Translations under genes and position numbers: made by a program
Shown here: positions 26,768 through 39,408 of the stretch, piece by piece
Position numbering within the stretch: the first letter of the stretch is position 1
How the letters are laid out: the number at the start of each line of letters is the position of its first letter
The notes under the pieces: generated by a model
Databases searched by the model: none
The model's input: only the letters and a program-made list of their open reading frames with translations
What the model was told of the DNA's origin: nothing
NCBI RefSeq assembly: GCF_001194135.2
Contig: NC_068995.1
Coordinates: forward strand, 16,027,548-16,091,547
From: Octopus bimaculoides
Taxonomy: Eukaryota
Direction: 5' to 3'
Length of the DNA stretch: 64,000 nucleotides

Positions 26768-27568
26768 TCACCTGGATCACCTGGATCGGCCAGGTTATCT
26801 GGTGCTGAGTCGGCTCCACTGGCCACAACATTTGTTCCATTCCCCTCGTGCTCTCGGCAATCTTCTCCACGTTGCTCCAGACATTTTTTCCTCAATCCCC
26901 TTCCCAGCTGAATTGAGGTCTTCTTGGTGGTCTCTTCCGCTCGCACAGGTACCACTCGACAACTGCACGGGTCCACCGATCTTCTCTGAACCTTGTTACA
27001 CTGACACGCCTATCGTAGCTTTGCGTGGTGATATTCTACGACGACGTCCTTCACTCCAGTTCTATCCCTGATCTCCTCATTCCGGATGTGATCACTCAGC
27101 GAGATTCCCAGCATCGACATTTCTATGACTCTCTGCACTGTAAGCAGATGTTCTTCTCTCTTCGTCAAGGCCCAAGTCTCACATGCGTATAGCGTTGCGG
27201 GTAAGACTGTGCTGTTGGAGAGATGAGCGTGAGCTTCCCAGTCAAATCCTTCACCGAGTTGAGCGCTCTCTGTCCTGTTCTTACACTTCACGAGATCTCA
27301 TTCTCCATCTCTCGCTTCACAATCACTTCACGGCATGTCTCGAGATGGTCATACACATCTAAGATTTGCTGATGACATAGCGCTGAAAGCAGAGAGCACC
27401 GATGAGTAACAGACCATGCTGGAGAAACTGGATTTCAGGGATTTGGCGGTGGGCGGTCGGCCTGAAGATCAACCAAGTACATAAGGTCTGATGGGGTAGC
27501 AATCGGTAACCTAACAGTCGGAGGAGATGAAATAGAAGAGGTGAGCAGGTATGAATATCTCGATCAAG
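26768..27568 (-). mobile_element. RTE LINE 3' portion with inverted 5' segment
   Basis: Minus 27329-26768: EVIVKREMENEIS..NSTVLPATLYACETW..RWTRAVVEWY..plus (GATCCAGGT)2 tail. Plus 27327-27568: FTACLE, THLRFADDIAL, VGLKIN, GDEIEEVSRYEYLDQ. Confidence 0.85.
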
Positions 27569-27580
27569 GTATATATATAT

Positions 27581-27933
27581 ACACCGCCTTTAGTCGAGGA
27601 AATCGACCCCCAGGACTTATTCTTTGTAAGCCTAGTACTTATTCTATCGGTCTCTTTAGACAAACCGCTAAGTTACGGAGACGTAAACACACCAGCATCG
27701 GTTGTCAAGTGATGTTGGGTGGGGGGAGATAACCACAGACACACTAACATATACACACACATACATATATATATACATAAACGACGGGCTTCTTTCAGTT
27801 TCCGTCTACCAAATCCACTCTCAAGGCTTTGGCCGACCCGAGGCTATAGTTGAAGACACTTACCCAAGGTGCCAAGCAGTGGGACTGAACCCAGAACCAT
27901 GTGGTTGGTAAGCAAGCTACTTACAACACAGCC
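27581..27933 (-). mobile_element. SINE family A, young copy running into an N gap
   Basis: Close match to the reverse complement of 58172-58634. Confidence 0.9.
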
Positions 27934-28371
27934 NNNNNNNNNNNNNNNNNNNNNNNNNNNNNNNNNNNNNNNNNNNNNNNNNNNNNNNNNNNNNNNNNNN
28001 NNNNNNNNNNNNNNNNNNNNNNNNNNNNNNNNNNNNNNNNNNNNNNNNNNNNNNNNNNNNNNNNNNNNNNNNNNNNNNNNNNNNNNNNNNNNNNNNNNNN
28101 NNNNNNNNNNNNNNNNNNNNNNNNNNNNNNNNNNNNNNNNNNNNNNNNNNNNNNNNNNNNNNNNNNNNNNNNNNNNNNNNNNNNNNNNNNNNNNNNNNNN
28201 NNNNNNNNNNNNNNNNNNNNNNNNNNNNNNNNNNNNNNNNNNNNNNNNNNNNNNNNNNNNNNNNNNNNNNNNNNNNNNNNNNNNNNNNNNNNNNNNNNNN
28301 NNNNCATTATGACTTATCTTCAATAGATAAACTGCTAGAAACCGTCATCACTGTTATTTTTGCTGCTGCTG

Positions 28372-28429
<58 letters not shown>

Positions 28430-28430
28430 A

Positions 28431-28465
<35 letters not shown>

Positions 28466-28469
28466 AACA

Positions 28470-28534
<65 letters not shown>

Positions 28535-28565
28535 AAATACTACTACTACTACTACTAAGTAGTAG
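28372..28565. repeat. (ACT)n microsatellite followed by (ATT)n/(AGT)n
   Basis: Direct observation. Confidence 0.95.
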
Positions 28566-28587
28566 TAAATGAGTATTGTTATTAATA

Positions 28588-28620
<33 letters not shown>

Positions 28621-30025
28621 GTAGTAGTAGTAGTAGTTGTAAATGCGTATTGTTATTAGAAGAATTCTGAATTTATTATGAAGGCAGCTTTATTTGGGAG
28701 AGATGACATAATCTTCATAGCCTTAAAAGATACTCCATTATTTACTCATTTACCGAATAACTGGTGGTTATTAATCATTCCTTGTAAGTCGAGTTGTTGT
28801 CAGAGCAGGAAGACGCAGCATGAATGATAACATATGTGATATTCAGGAAATCTGCAAACTGTAATTTCATTTTGAAGTTTTTATTGAAAGTGTAGCTATT
28901 TCGCAATCGTACAAAGAATAACAGGAAGAGCTAAAAGCCCTGTCTAACCTTGACATATCAACTGGCTTCTTCTCTTGTTATGTTACCTACAGGCCTCTCT
29001 GTTTATCTTAGTTCATTTATATGGGAAATTTGTATGGATTGTTTTTAAAGTAAAAACATATGAACACCAGGAAATTAAGAAAATTATTGTTGGTTTACTT
29101 GAGTAAAATATCCTTTGAATAAAATTTATAATATTTAACATGCTCTTCTACGAAAATAGAATGAGAGTCTCTCTAAGTTTGGGTAGGGCTCTCATTTGTG
29201 TAGAAAGCGAGTTGTGTTAGATCACAATAATATGATGGGAGAGTGTGTGTACAGTGGAAACAAACGTGCAACGCGGATGTTAATGTGAAGGTCACTTTAA
29301 AAAAAGCAAAGAAGACACAATGATAGGGTAAGCAACTTTCCTTTTATATCGGGGGAAATGCAACCCATTTATGCATGTTGACCTAATATCAATAAGAAAC
29401 AGAGCCATCACACCCCTAATACATACAAACATATTCTCCCCACATACATGCATGAGAACATTCTCCTCTTGTATGCCAATCTTCCGCCTGTCAGTTCATC
29501 TTTTACAATCCCTTGTTCATTAAACTTTTCAGTACTTACCACTTCTTTCCTTTTGGAGCATATCCAGTAACCATTAGCGGACCTTTTGACTTTGCCTTGA
29601 CAAGGGAGAACAATTGAAGTCTTTTGCTCAGAAGCACCCATGTCACTGGCTGCACCTAATCCTGACCTTTCTAACGCTCCCGTTACATAAACTATGCTTG
29701 TGCATTTATCTTGCATATGTTCATAATACTAAACTCCAATTATACACAAATTAAACTAATTCTTCAATATCCACATATACTTCAATATTGAGTTAGCCTT
29801 TGTGCAGTTGCTCAATCGCCTAGAAATAACAACCAATTTCTCTCAAACCATGCTTTGCTGTATTAAGGGAATGATACACTGGCTAAACAGACATTGATAT
29901 ACACATAAAAAAATAGTCAAATTTTTGCAATGTGGAAACAAAGTTCAAGGTGCCACCAAAATTTTGAGTGGACATTTTGTGAAGCCACTTCCCGGTTCAT
30001 GTTGTGATATGTAACATTAATCATT

Positions 30026-30237
30026 GGTTTCAAATTCTGGCACAAGGCCATCAATTTCAGAGAAGTGGGTAAGTCGATCACATCGACCCCAGTGATTAAC
30101 TGGTACTTATTTTATCAACTGCAAAAGGATAAACGGCAAAGTCAACCTCGGTATAACTTGAACTCAGAACGTAAAGACGGACGAAATGCCGCTAAGAATT
30201 TCGCCCGGCGTAGTAACGAATCTGCCAGCTCGCAGCC
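30026..30237 (-). mobile_element. SINE family B copy
   Basis: ggtttcaaattctggcacaaggcc...gaactcagaacgtaaagacggacgaaatgccgctaag. Confidence 0.85.
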
Positions 30238-31277
30238 TTTGTATGAAGCTTTAATTGTACCAAGAAATACCTCATATTTGAAGACTGAAGAAACGCCTTT
30301 AGAATGTTTGTTTCTTTAATGCATTATCGAACAATTGTCTTCTTTCTAATTCTATCAATCCTTATAATCATGACCTCTTGCTTCTACCGCCATTATTTTA
30401 TTGAGAGAAGCCATGATCCTTGATTACCCTTCTGTCCTTGCTAGCTCTACGCATATGCATGCGTAATATGGACATATGTTTGTTTTGTTTCAATATCTGG
30501 TTGCATTTGACTTCTCGTATACGCTTTGATGTATTTTTCATTGATGGATCTCTATGACCTTTTTTCCTTTTCTACGAGTCGAATTTTCATCTAGCGAGCA
30601 TTCTCTAAAACATCAGTGTCCTACCTTTCTTTTTTCTAGCATATTCTATTCTGTATTCATTTACATAATATTTTCTCTACGTTTAAATTACTTGCATGAA
30701 TTTTGAAACATATTTATTTTCAAATTCTAGTAGATGAAAATACTGAGTTGGAAGCACCTTCGTGGGCTTTGGAATAAGCCTGTACACGCATGGTGAAGAG
30801 AGCAAAGCAAGTCCAGAATGTCACACTGCACCCCATACAATTCTTCACTGCACAGCACTATGGTCCTCCTTTAGGCAAAGTCATAGTGACCGTGGAAAAA
30901 TAGATTTGTGGGTTGTTTCAAGTGACATACTAGAATAAAATGATGTACTTATTGCTCAATCTGAGCTAATTTAGGACTTACAACTACAAGAACCTGTTTC
31001 TTGTCACACATCATTTTTCATAATCGATTTGTTAACTGTCACTTCCTTTCTCACTTACCTTTATAAACATACATAACTGCCATGTTGTTTGCGTTTCTAC
31101 GTATACACAGATATATACACGCATGCACGTGTATATAAGTATATACGTATCTCTCTCTTTCTCTCTGTCTATCTTTCCTTTTATCTTTTTATCTGCCTGT
31201 CGGTCTGTCTCTCTATGTATCTATATATTTATCCATCTAACTATCTCTTTCTTTCCCTCTCACTTTCTGTATTTCTG

Positions 31278-31309
<32 letters not shown>

Positions 31310-32488
31310 GATAGATAGGTAAATACAATAGGATATATAATACCACTTGCTAAAATCAGACCCAAGGTTCGAAAACCAGCAGAAACTCACTATAAAGATA
31401 TACACGAGCAATGTATTGCGTTGAATACATTTGTAAGTAATGTAAATTTAAATAGCAATTGATTTCACCCTCTCTATGACCATTTAAAATTCATNNNNNN
31501 NNNNNNNNNNNNNNNNNNNNNNNNNNNNNNNNNNNNNNNNNNNNNNNNNNNNNNNNNNNNNNNNNNNNNNNNNNNNNNNNNNNNNNNNNNNNNNNNNNNN
31601 NNNNNNNNNNNNNNNNNNNNNNNNNNNNNNNNNNNNNNNNNNNNNNNNNNNNNNNNNNNNNNNNNNNNNNNNNNNNNNNNNNNNNNNNNNNNNNNNNNNN
31701 NNNNNNNNNNNNNNNNNNNNNNNNNNNNNNNNNNNNNNNNNNNNNNNNNNNNNNNNNNNNNNNNNNNNNNNNNNNNNNNNNNNNNNNNNNNNNNNNNNNN
31801 NNNNNNNNNNNNNNNNNNNNNNNNNNNNNNNNNNNNNNNNNNNNNNNNNNNNNNNNNNNNNNNNNNNNNNNNNNNNNNNNNNNNNNNNNNNNNNNNNNNN
31901 NNNNNNNNNNNNNNNNNNNNNNNNNNNNNNNNNNNNNNNNNNNNNNNNNNNNNNNNNNNNNNNNNNNNNNNNNNNNNNNNNNNNNNNNNNNNNNNNNNNN
32001 NNNNNNNNNNNNNNNNNNNNNNNNNNNNNNNNNNNNNNNNNNNNNNNNNNNNNNNNNNNNNNNNNNNNNNNNNNNNNNNNNNNNNNNNNNNNNNNNNNNN
32101 NNNNNNNNNNNNNNNNNNNNNNNNNNNNNNNNNNNNNNNNNNNNNNNNNNNNNNNNNNNNNNNNNNNNNNNNNNNNNNNNNNNNNNNNNNNNNNNNNNNN
32201 NNNNNNNNNNNNNNNNNNNNNNNNNNNNNNNNNNNNNNNNNNNNNNNNNNNNNNNNNNNNNNNNNNNNNNNNNNNNNNNNNNNNNNNNNNNNNNNNNNNN
32301 NNNNNNNNNNNNNNNNNNNNNNNNNNNNNNNNNNNNNNNNNNNNNNNNNNNNNNNNNNNNNNNNNNNNNNNNNNNNNNNNNNNNNNNNNNNNNNNNNNNN
32401 NNNNNNNNNNNNNNNNNNNNNNNNNNNNNNNNNNNNNNNNNNNNNNNNNNNNNNNNNNNNNNNNNNNNNNNNNNNNNNNNNNNNNNNN

Positions 32489-32520
<32 letters not shown>

Positions 32521-32529
32521 GACTCTTCT

Positions 32530-33550
32530 GCCGTTAAACGACGGATTCGTGTTCAACAATTTTGACCGAACGGACGTGTGTTTTTCTTCTCGTGAGTTCT
32601 GCTATTTCTCAATCTAAATTGTGTTATTGTTTCTGAAGTTTGTGCGTCATCGATTCTAAACCTGCTTAGCAGGCCAAGTATCGAATTGAACTTATTTGCA
32701 ACTTCTTCTTGTGTAATTTGCATACAAATTTTTGAAATTATGGCTCCCAGCCAAAACATAGACAACACCCATCAATAACAACAGGCTCAACGAAATGTAC
32801 TAAGAAATGTTCCCAGCACTTCCTGTCGTGAACAGGAGGAGGTGAACCCAGAAAACACCCAGAAATATACGACAAATTCCACAAAGGACACCCCATTGTG
32901 CAACAATAAAAAAGAATTAACTGACAAAGAAAATGAATTATGCATACCAAACCGATGCGGTTTCGCGTCGGTTGCAACTACAAACCAAGAAAACATAAAA
33001 ATTAACCAGGCAAACCTAGAAAAATATAAAAGCTTTGCAAAGCGTGAAGGGAACAATATAAACTTAACCCCACCCGTTGATATAATTCAACAAACTGCTC
33101 GAAAAATATCAATATTTAAAACTCATTCACTAAAAAGGAAAAAAGTCGAACATTTGCCAAAGTAAACAACAGAAAAGTGCCTCAGACCATATGGGGTGAT
33201 AACAAATACGAAGCAAAATAAAGCTAGGGAGAGAGATGACACTGCTGCGTGTGTTCAGGACTAGGTGGATGTTAGAGGGCGTGATCGTTGATCATGAATG
33301 TGGTCAACTTAAACGTATCACCGTAATCTCCTTTGTGAGAGCAGTGCTCGGTCGTGGCTTGTGAGGCTTCCATGCTCAACATTTCATCTTGTTGTCTCAT
33401 CATTACGCTATGTGTAATTTTTACTTTGTTATTTCTTTTTATATTGTTCTTCCATCCGCCCTTTCAAATCTGTTGTAGACCTCTAATTGTTCTCGTCTGT
33501 CCAGTATTGTCCCTCTATATCGGTCCTAGTGGCTAATAAAGAATTAAATT
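32530..33550 (+). mobile_element. Internally deleted Tx1/L1-like LINE (ORF1-like start + 3' end)
   Basis: Low-complexity ORF 32752-33165 (one internal stop), then KIKLGREMTLLRVFRTRWMLEG resembling an L1/Tx1 ORF2 terminus, pyrimidine-rich UTR and aataaa at 33535. Family assignment is inference. Confidence 0.35.
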
Positions 33551-33639
33551 TCTTATCGAACAACCACACAAATGCTTTGTTTATACTGGCCAAATGTTTG
33601 TGCAGATATAAGATCACTCCCTTTCATCAAATCGATATT

Positions 33640-34426
33640 ACTTGTACAGGTGCAACTGGGTGCCACATGTCAGATGTCGAAATGATCGCAGAACACGCTA
33701 TATTTAGTTTCAGTTGGTTTTGACTACTTAGGAAAAAAAAAACGCCAGAGGTTGCCATTCGCCATGTTGCTGAATGACTGCTCCGACGCCAATTTCGGAT
33801 GCGTCGACTTCAAGAGAAATTTCGGCATCAGGAATAGGGTGAGTCAACATGGAGACACGAAAGAGTTTCTGTTTAACATTGTCGAAAGCTTGTATTTCAG
33901 CAGGAGTTAAAGTGATCTTTTCTGTTCTCGTCTTGCAGTGTTGCAGCAATTTGTTGAGAGAGTATAAAGTTTCAGCACAATGATGTATAAAACGTCGATA
34001 GAAATGAGCTAATCCAAGAAATTGCCTGAGCTGTCTTAATGAAATAGGAACTGGAATTTTTACGATAGCCTCAACCTTTTCTGGCAAAGGCCTAATTCCA
34101 TCTTTATCAATGGCGTGTCCAAGGAAAGTGAGAGAAAGCACACTGAAAATACATTTGGTAGCGTTGATACGAGTTTTGTATTGAGAAAGTCTTTCGAAAA
34201 GTTGCTTCAAATCTCGTTCTTTTTCGGAAGAACTAGCCATGAGAAGATCACCAAAATAGGCGAAAAGGAAATCTAATCCACGTATTACTTCATCAATGAA
34301 ACGTTGAAAAGTACTGGCGGCGTCCTTTAACCCAAAGTGCATGGTAAGGAATTCAAATGACCCGAATGGAGTTGTAATAGCCGTTTTCAGAATATCATTT
34401 GGGTTTACAGGAATCTGATGGTTTGC
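33640..34426 (-). mobile_element. Ty3/Gypsy pol fragment (RT palm/thumb + RNase H start)
   Basis: HQIPV..KTAITTPFG.FEF..MHFGLKDAASTFQRFID..AYFGD..FLGH..GIRP..LRQFLGL..FYRRFI..LEVDAS.IGVGAV..WQPLAFF; frameshifted TETKYS and RSFRHL continue to about 33640. Confidence 0.95.
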
Positions 34427-34612
34427 TCGATTTTCATCTTCAAGGCTGAAATCTCCACTTCTGAATTTTACAAACCATCTTCTGCAAGTTCTTTCATTCA
34501 AGCATTCTTTCCCATAAACTGAGTGTTTGTTTCTAGTCGATTCGGCTGCAGAGTTTCCTTTTTTGTACTCATAAAGCATTATGTGCCTCAAATACTCTTT
34601 GGATACTTCCAT
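33728..34612 (-). CDS. Chimeric ORF (294 aa): mariner transposase N-terminal HTH fused in frame to Gypsy RT/RNase H fragment
   Basis: Single stop-free frame from ATG 34612; first 62 aa mariner-like, remaining 232 aa Gypsy-like. Expression unknown. Confidence 0.5.
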   Translation of the reverse strand: MEVSKEYLRHIMLYEYKKGNSAAESTRNKHSVYGKECLNERTCRRWFVKFRSGDFSLEDENRANHQIPVNPNDILKTAITTPFGSFEFLTMHFGLKDAASTFQRFIDEVIRGLDFLFAYFGDLLMASSSEKERDLKQLFERLSQYKTRINATKCIFSVLSLTFLGHAIDKDGIRPLPEKVEAIVKIPVPISLRQLRQFLGLAHFYRRFIHHCAETLYSLNKLLQHCKTRTEKITLTPAEIQAFDNVKQKLFRVSMLTHPIPDAEISLEVDASEIGVGAVIQQHGEWQPLAFFFS

Positions 34613-34790
34613 GTTAGAAAGGATTTTAATCAAAGAAATTTTAATTCTATTATTCTGTAAAATAATATTTAATTAGTTTAAATGTACACAAATACATAAA
34701 AATAGTTTTAAATTCCATTAGACATTCTAAAATCCTATTAAAATTCATTCAATTTAAAGCAAATTACATATTGCATCATGTGATTTCAGC
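34427..34790 (-). mobile_element. Mariner transposon 5' fragment
   Basis: MEVSKEYLRHIMLYEYKKGNSAAESTR...VYG..CLNERTCRRWFVKFRSGDFSLEDENR is the classic mariner HTH (WFxRFxxGDFxLEDxxRSGRP), preceded by an AT-rich leader. Confidence 0.9.
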
Positions 34791-35656
34791 ATAAATTGCG
34801 CTTTCCTGGTAGCAGGAACCCTACCACCGAATGCTAGGTTGAAAGTCCTATAAAGCGGTTTAGTTGAACACCAGTTCTACAGATTTTCGCTTTGGCATAC
34901 GGTGATTGGATGTGTTTTGCTGAGCAAGCGGTATTTACACTGGGGCTGACGAAAATTTCGTTTGCAGATGTTATCTGTGCTTTTGTAGCATTTTCCGTCG
35001 ATATGAGATGATTACCGCAGCTTCCGGCGTTATACCCAACGCGTTCATTACAAAGGCTGCTTCTTTTGCTAAATGATGATGAGATAAGATAATGCAGATG
35101 GATATATATACTGTAACATCCAATTGTATAATCAATGAGTGATGCAGAACAGTTTATAGAGCAGTAATCCGGATGTAGGCGCAGAAAAATGTTTTAAATA
35201 AGTACATTATTAACTATCTAGTAGTTGATTTATTTAACTGTAGTCTCTGTAGATAAATCTGAGTTTATAAACATCTGTAGCTAGTTAGAATTTATTTTAA
35301 ACAACATGGATATACTAGAAATAAACAAATTCTTCAAATCAGTTGAGCTTGTTCTTACTGTTCTCAGCCGTTTTAAAGGTGTCTATCGCAATCAGAAACC
35401 CCAGGAGTGAAGTGAAGTTGTTGAGTTTTCTTATCGTGTTTGAAATTAAGCAGAACAGTTTAGCCTTGTGTTAACGTTTTGATTTGCTTGGCTCAAGGAC
35501 ACTTTGATAAGTAAATAATTCGGTACATGTAAAAGCCTTTTTATCTATGCTTGTGAAACTAAAGTCATGTGAATGTTGCAGTTAATGGAAGGTTTAATGT
35601 GAAGAGCACCACTGCAAATATTATTGTGTCGCTAATATGCACTTGTTTTCAGGGAG

Positions 35657-35700
<44 letters not shown>

Positions 35701-36299
35701 CAGAGAAGGAGAGAGGGAGTAGGAATAAAAAGGAAGTAAAATTTTGGCATTACAATATGTTCTACCACAAAAATTACATTAAAACCCCATCTTTTTTAAC
35801 GATAAAATGTGACAATACGTGTTGGTAAATAAAAAAGTGAAATTACTATTGTATCGTCTTTGAGTGCTAGAAGTATTCCATTATCAATTTTAGTATTACG
35901 AATTCTAGTTTATGGTTATTCTATGCGCTTAGCATGGTTGTTTACAGTTCCAATAAAATAGACCACCCAGAAACAACACTGCACCAGTTTTATTCTGCTG
36001 CACGTATTTTTTTTAAAAATAGGAGTTAATGCATCATAGCTTGCAGATAAGAAATAGACATCTGTTAAGTGCATGATAAAAGATTTGTTGTGAATGATTT
36101 AACTAAGAATGTTTAGGGTCACAGCTTGAAGATAGTGAAGACAACAGTCAATAAGCTCTCATAGAATAAAATAAACAAAACAAAATATATAGATAAATGT
36201 ATAAACATTTCGGGGGCAAATACACATTACTGGGTTAAAATTTCAATAATTATTTAGTTTGGATTTTCTACCCTATTAGAAGGAGCGAACAAGTATTTC

Positions 36300-36439
36300 T
36301 GAAATCTCTTTTGCTTCCCTGCCAAATGGTTCTAGGATCAGTCCCAGTGCTTGGTACCTCGGCTAAGTGTGCTTTACTATTGCTCTACTATTGACCAAAG
36401 GCTTGTGACTGAATTTGGTAGACGGAAACTGAAAGATCA

Positions 36440-36495
<56 letters not shown>

Positions 36496-36835
36496 NNNNN
36501 NNNNNNNNNNNNNNNNNNNNNNNNNNNNNNNNNNNNNNNNNNNNNNNNNNNNNNNNNNNNNNNNNNNNNNNNNNNNNNNNNNNNNNNNNNNNNNNNNNNN
36601 NNNNNNNNNNNNNNNNNNNNNNNNNNNNNNNNNNNNNNNNNNNNNNNNNNNNNNNNNNNNNNNNNNNNNNNNNNNNNNNNNNNNNNNNNNNNNNNNNNNN
36701 NNNNNNNNNNNNNNNNNNNNNNNNNNNNNNNNNNNNNNNNNNNNNNNNNNNNNNNNNNNNNNNNNNNNNNNNNNNNNNNNNNNNNNNNNNNNNNNNNNNN
36801 NNNNNNNNNNNNNNNNNNNNNNNNNNNNNNNNNNN

Positions 36836-36869
<34 letters not shown>

Positions 36870-37190
36870 CATACATGCATACAAAAATATACCTACCTAC
36901 CTACCTAACTACCTACCTACCTACCTACCTACCTACCTACATACATACATACATACATACATATATAAATGTATCTAAGTATGCGTGTATGTATATGTGT
37001 ATCTACGTCTGCGTTTGTTTATTTACGTCTCCGTAAATAGCGGTCCGGTAAAAAAGGGATCGATAGAGTAAGTACTAAACTTTCTCTTCGTAAAAAAATA
37101 CTAGGGACGATTTATTCGACTGAACACTTCAAGGTTGTGCTGCAGTATGGCCACAGTCTAATGTACCAAACAAGTAAGGCATAAAAGATA
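36300..37190 (+). mobile_element. SINE family A copy with expanded internal repeats and N gap
   Basis: gaatttggtagacggaaactgaaaga, then (CA)n/gap/(CCTA)n, then 3' half gatagagtaagtact...gcagtatggccacagtc. Confidence 0.75.
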
Positions 37191-38694
37191 AATAGTACAA
37201 TGTAGTCATAGATACACGGAGTCTGAGAGCAAGATGAAATGGTCATAGTCGGAATTACTTAGAGCACAAGTATGTTCGATCAGCAATGACTTGAGGTTAA
37301 GCAACAGAATTAAGAAACGTTGTTTCTACGAAAAAGTCGAAGTTTATAGGAGCCAGGGAAGTGTGGTAATTCAATTCACAAAGGTCTCTACTAGGTATAT
37401 TATTTCTTGTACTCTTGTTCTAAATCTTAAGTGTTCTAGCTCTTAATTTTCAATATTTTTGCCCAGTTAGATATACACAAATTGTTCTAGATATGGCAAT
37501 ACTCACCGAGGATAGTTGCGGCATCCTTTATATTCGAGGCTGACGCGTATTTAAACAGCTTGCTTTTTGATGTTCTGGTTCTCTCATAAATGTTGTATAG
37601 AGAGTTATGAGATCTGTGAGACATACCATGAACAAACACGTTATCAACGTATCCAATAATTATACAACTACGCAATGTGATATAAAATGCATAATTCTGG
37701 TTTTAATGAAGCCACATATTCTAAGATGTTATGAAGCAGTATATTTCTTGTAGATACCATGATTGATGACGAACTTTCCGCTTCTATTATAGATCATTCT
37801 TCGTAATGAGAAACGCTTTTATGAGAATCAAATGCTTGCTATTTTCATAATGCATTACTATAAATAAACGAAACGAAAATCAAATCTAGAACCTAAAATG
37901 AGAAAGTAACACATGAGAAAATATTTTAGAGCGTGAAGCCTTTACTGGTTGATCTGGGTTTTACACAACACCAATATAGTCGCCATGTTGGTCACGTTAC
38001 AAGTGTTAGTTTTCTTTCCTTTTTAAATTTTTTTCGACAAGGGGGAAAATGTATCCTGTAGAAATTTCACGATTATTTTGAAATTATATTCTTTCCAGTG
38101 TTTGAAGACATTGAGGCTAGTAATGTGTAAATTCCATATTGTAGTAATGAAAGGTACAATCTTTGAAAACTATATTCTTTGTTAGACATTTCTTACCTTT
38201 CTACCTTGAGTGTTACTTTCATCTTTGCGAAAAGAGTTTTACATATTGTAAAAAGTACTATGAGATAAACATAGATTCATCTTGTCGATGTCGCCAACAA
38301 ATGCTAATTCGAAGACTACAGTTCTAATCCATTACTAGAACTGTAAAAATCTGTAAAACTTTCCGGAAGTTTATTATTTAAATATATATGAGCATGTATA
38401 GATATTCAACAGTATGCATGACAATACATGCATAAAGCAAAACACACAAATCTGCACATATACATACATACATACCTACATACAAAAATACCCTGTTGTT
38501 GATGTTGAGATTCCAATGAAGGAGCCTTGGATCTAGGAGCCGGCTCTTTCTCTATTGGCAAGAAATCTTGAAGTAAAACTGAACAATGATATATATACAT
38601 ACATACACACACACAAACACACACAACCACTCACACACACATACTCACACACACACACACACACATACACATATACAAATGGACGTAACAATTA

Positions 38695-39200
38695 TCTGTT
38701 ACTTGTTTCAGTTAACAGACTGCGGCCAAGCTGCAGCACAGCCTGGAGGAGTTTGAGCCGAAAGAATCGACCCTAACATTTATTTTGTTACGCCAGGTAC
38801 TTATTCAATCGTTCTTTTTTTGTCGAACCGCAATTCACGGGGATTTCAGCAAACTAACATCGTTGTCAAGCTGTGGAGGGAGAGAACACGGACACAGTAA
38901 CACGCAAACACCGCTACACACTTGTAAATTCATACATACGTAGTAACACACAGATAGACAGACAAACAGACAGACACACGCACACACGCACACACACACA
39001 CACGCACACACACACACACGCACACACACACAAACAGAGGAAATATCTCTTTCAATTTCCGTCGACTAAATCCAGACACAAGGCTTTGGTTCGCCCGAGG
39101 TTATAGTAGACGTCACCTGACCAAGTTGCAGCGCAGTAGGACTGGACTCGCAGTCATATGGTTAAGGAGCAAATTTCTTACCGCAAAGCCACGCCTGGGC
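38695..39200 (-). mobile_element. SINE family A copy
   Basis: Both halves around (CA)n; ends gccacgcctgggcct. Confidence 0.8.
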
Positions 39201-39367
39201 CTATATATATGTGTCTGAGTGTGTGTATGTGTGTATGTATGTATCTATATAAGTGTGGATATACGTATATATATACGTATACATATATATATGTAGAGAG
39301 AGAGAGAGAGATTGATAGATAGAAAGATTGATATATAGATACAGACATGCGTGTACATCTCTCTGTC

Positions 39368-39408
<41 letters not shown>

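Noticed and set aside
28307-28591. Poly-Val / poly-Leu ORFs
   Set aside because: Translation of an (ACT)n microsatellite.
29408-29716. 102-aa minus ORF
   Set aside because: No recognisable domain and no convincing acceptor; probably an old TE relic or chance ORF.
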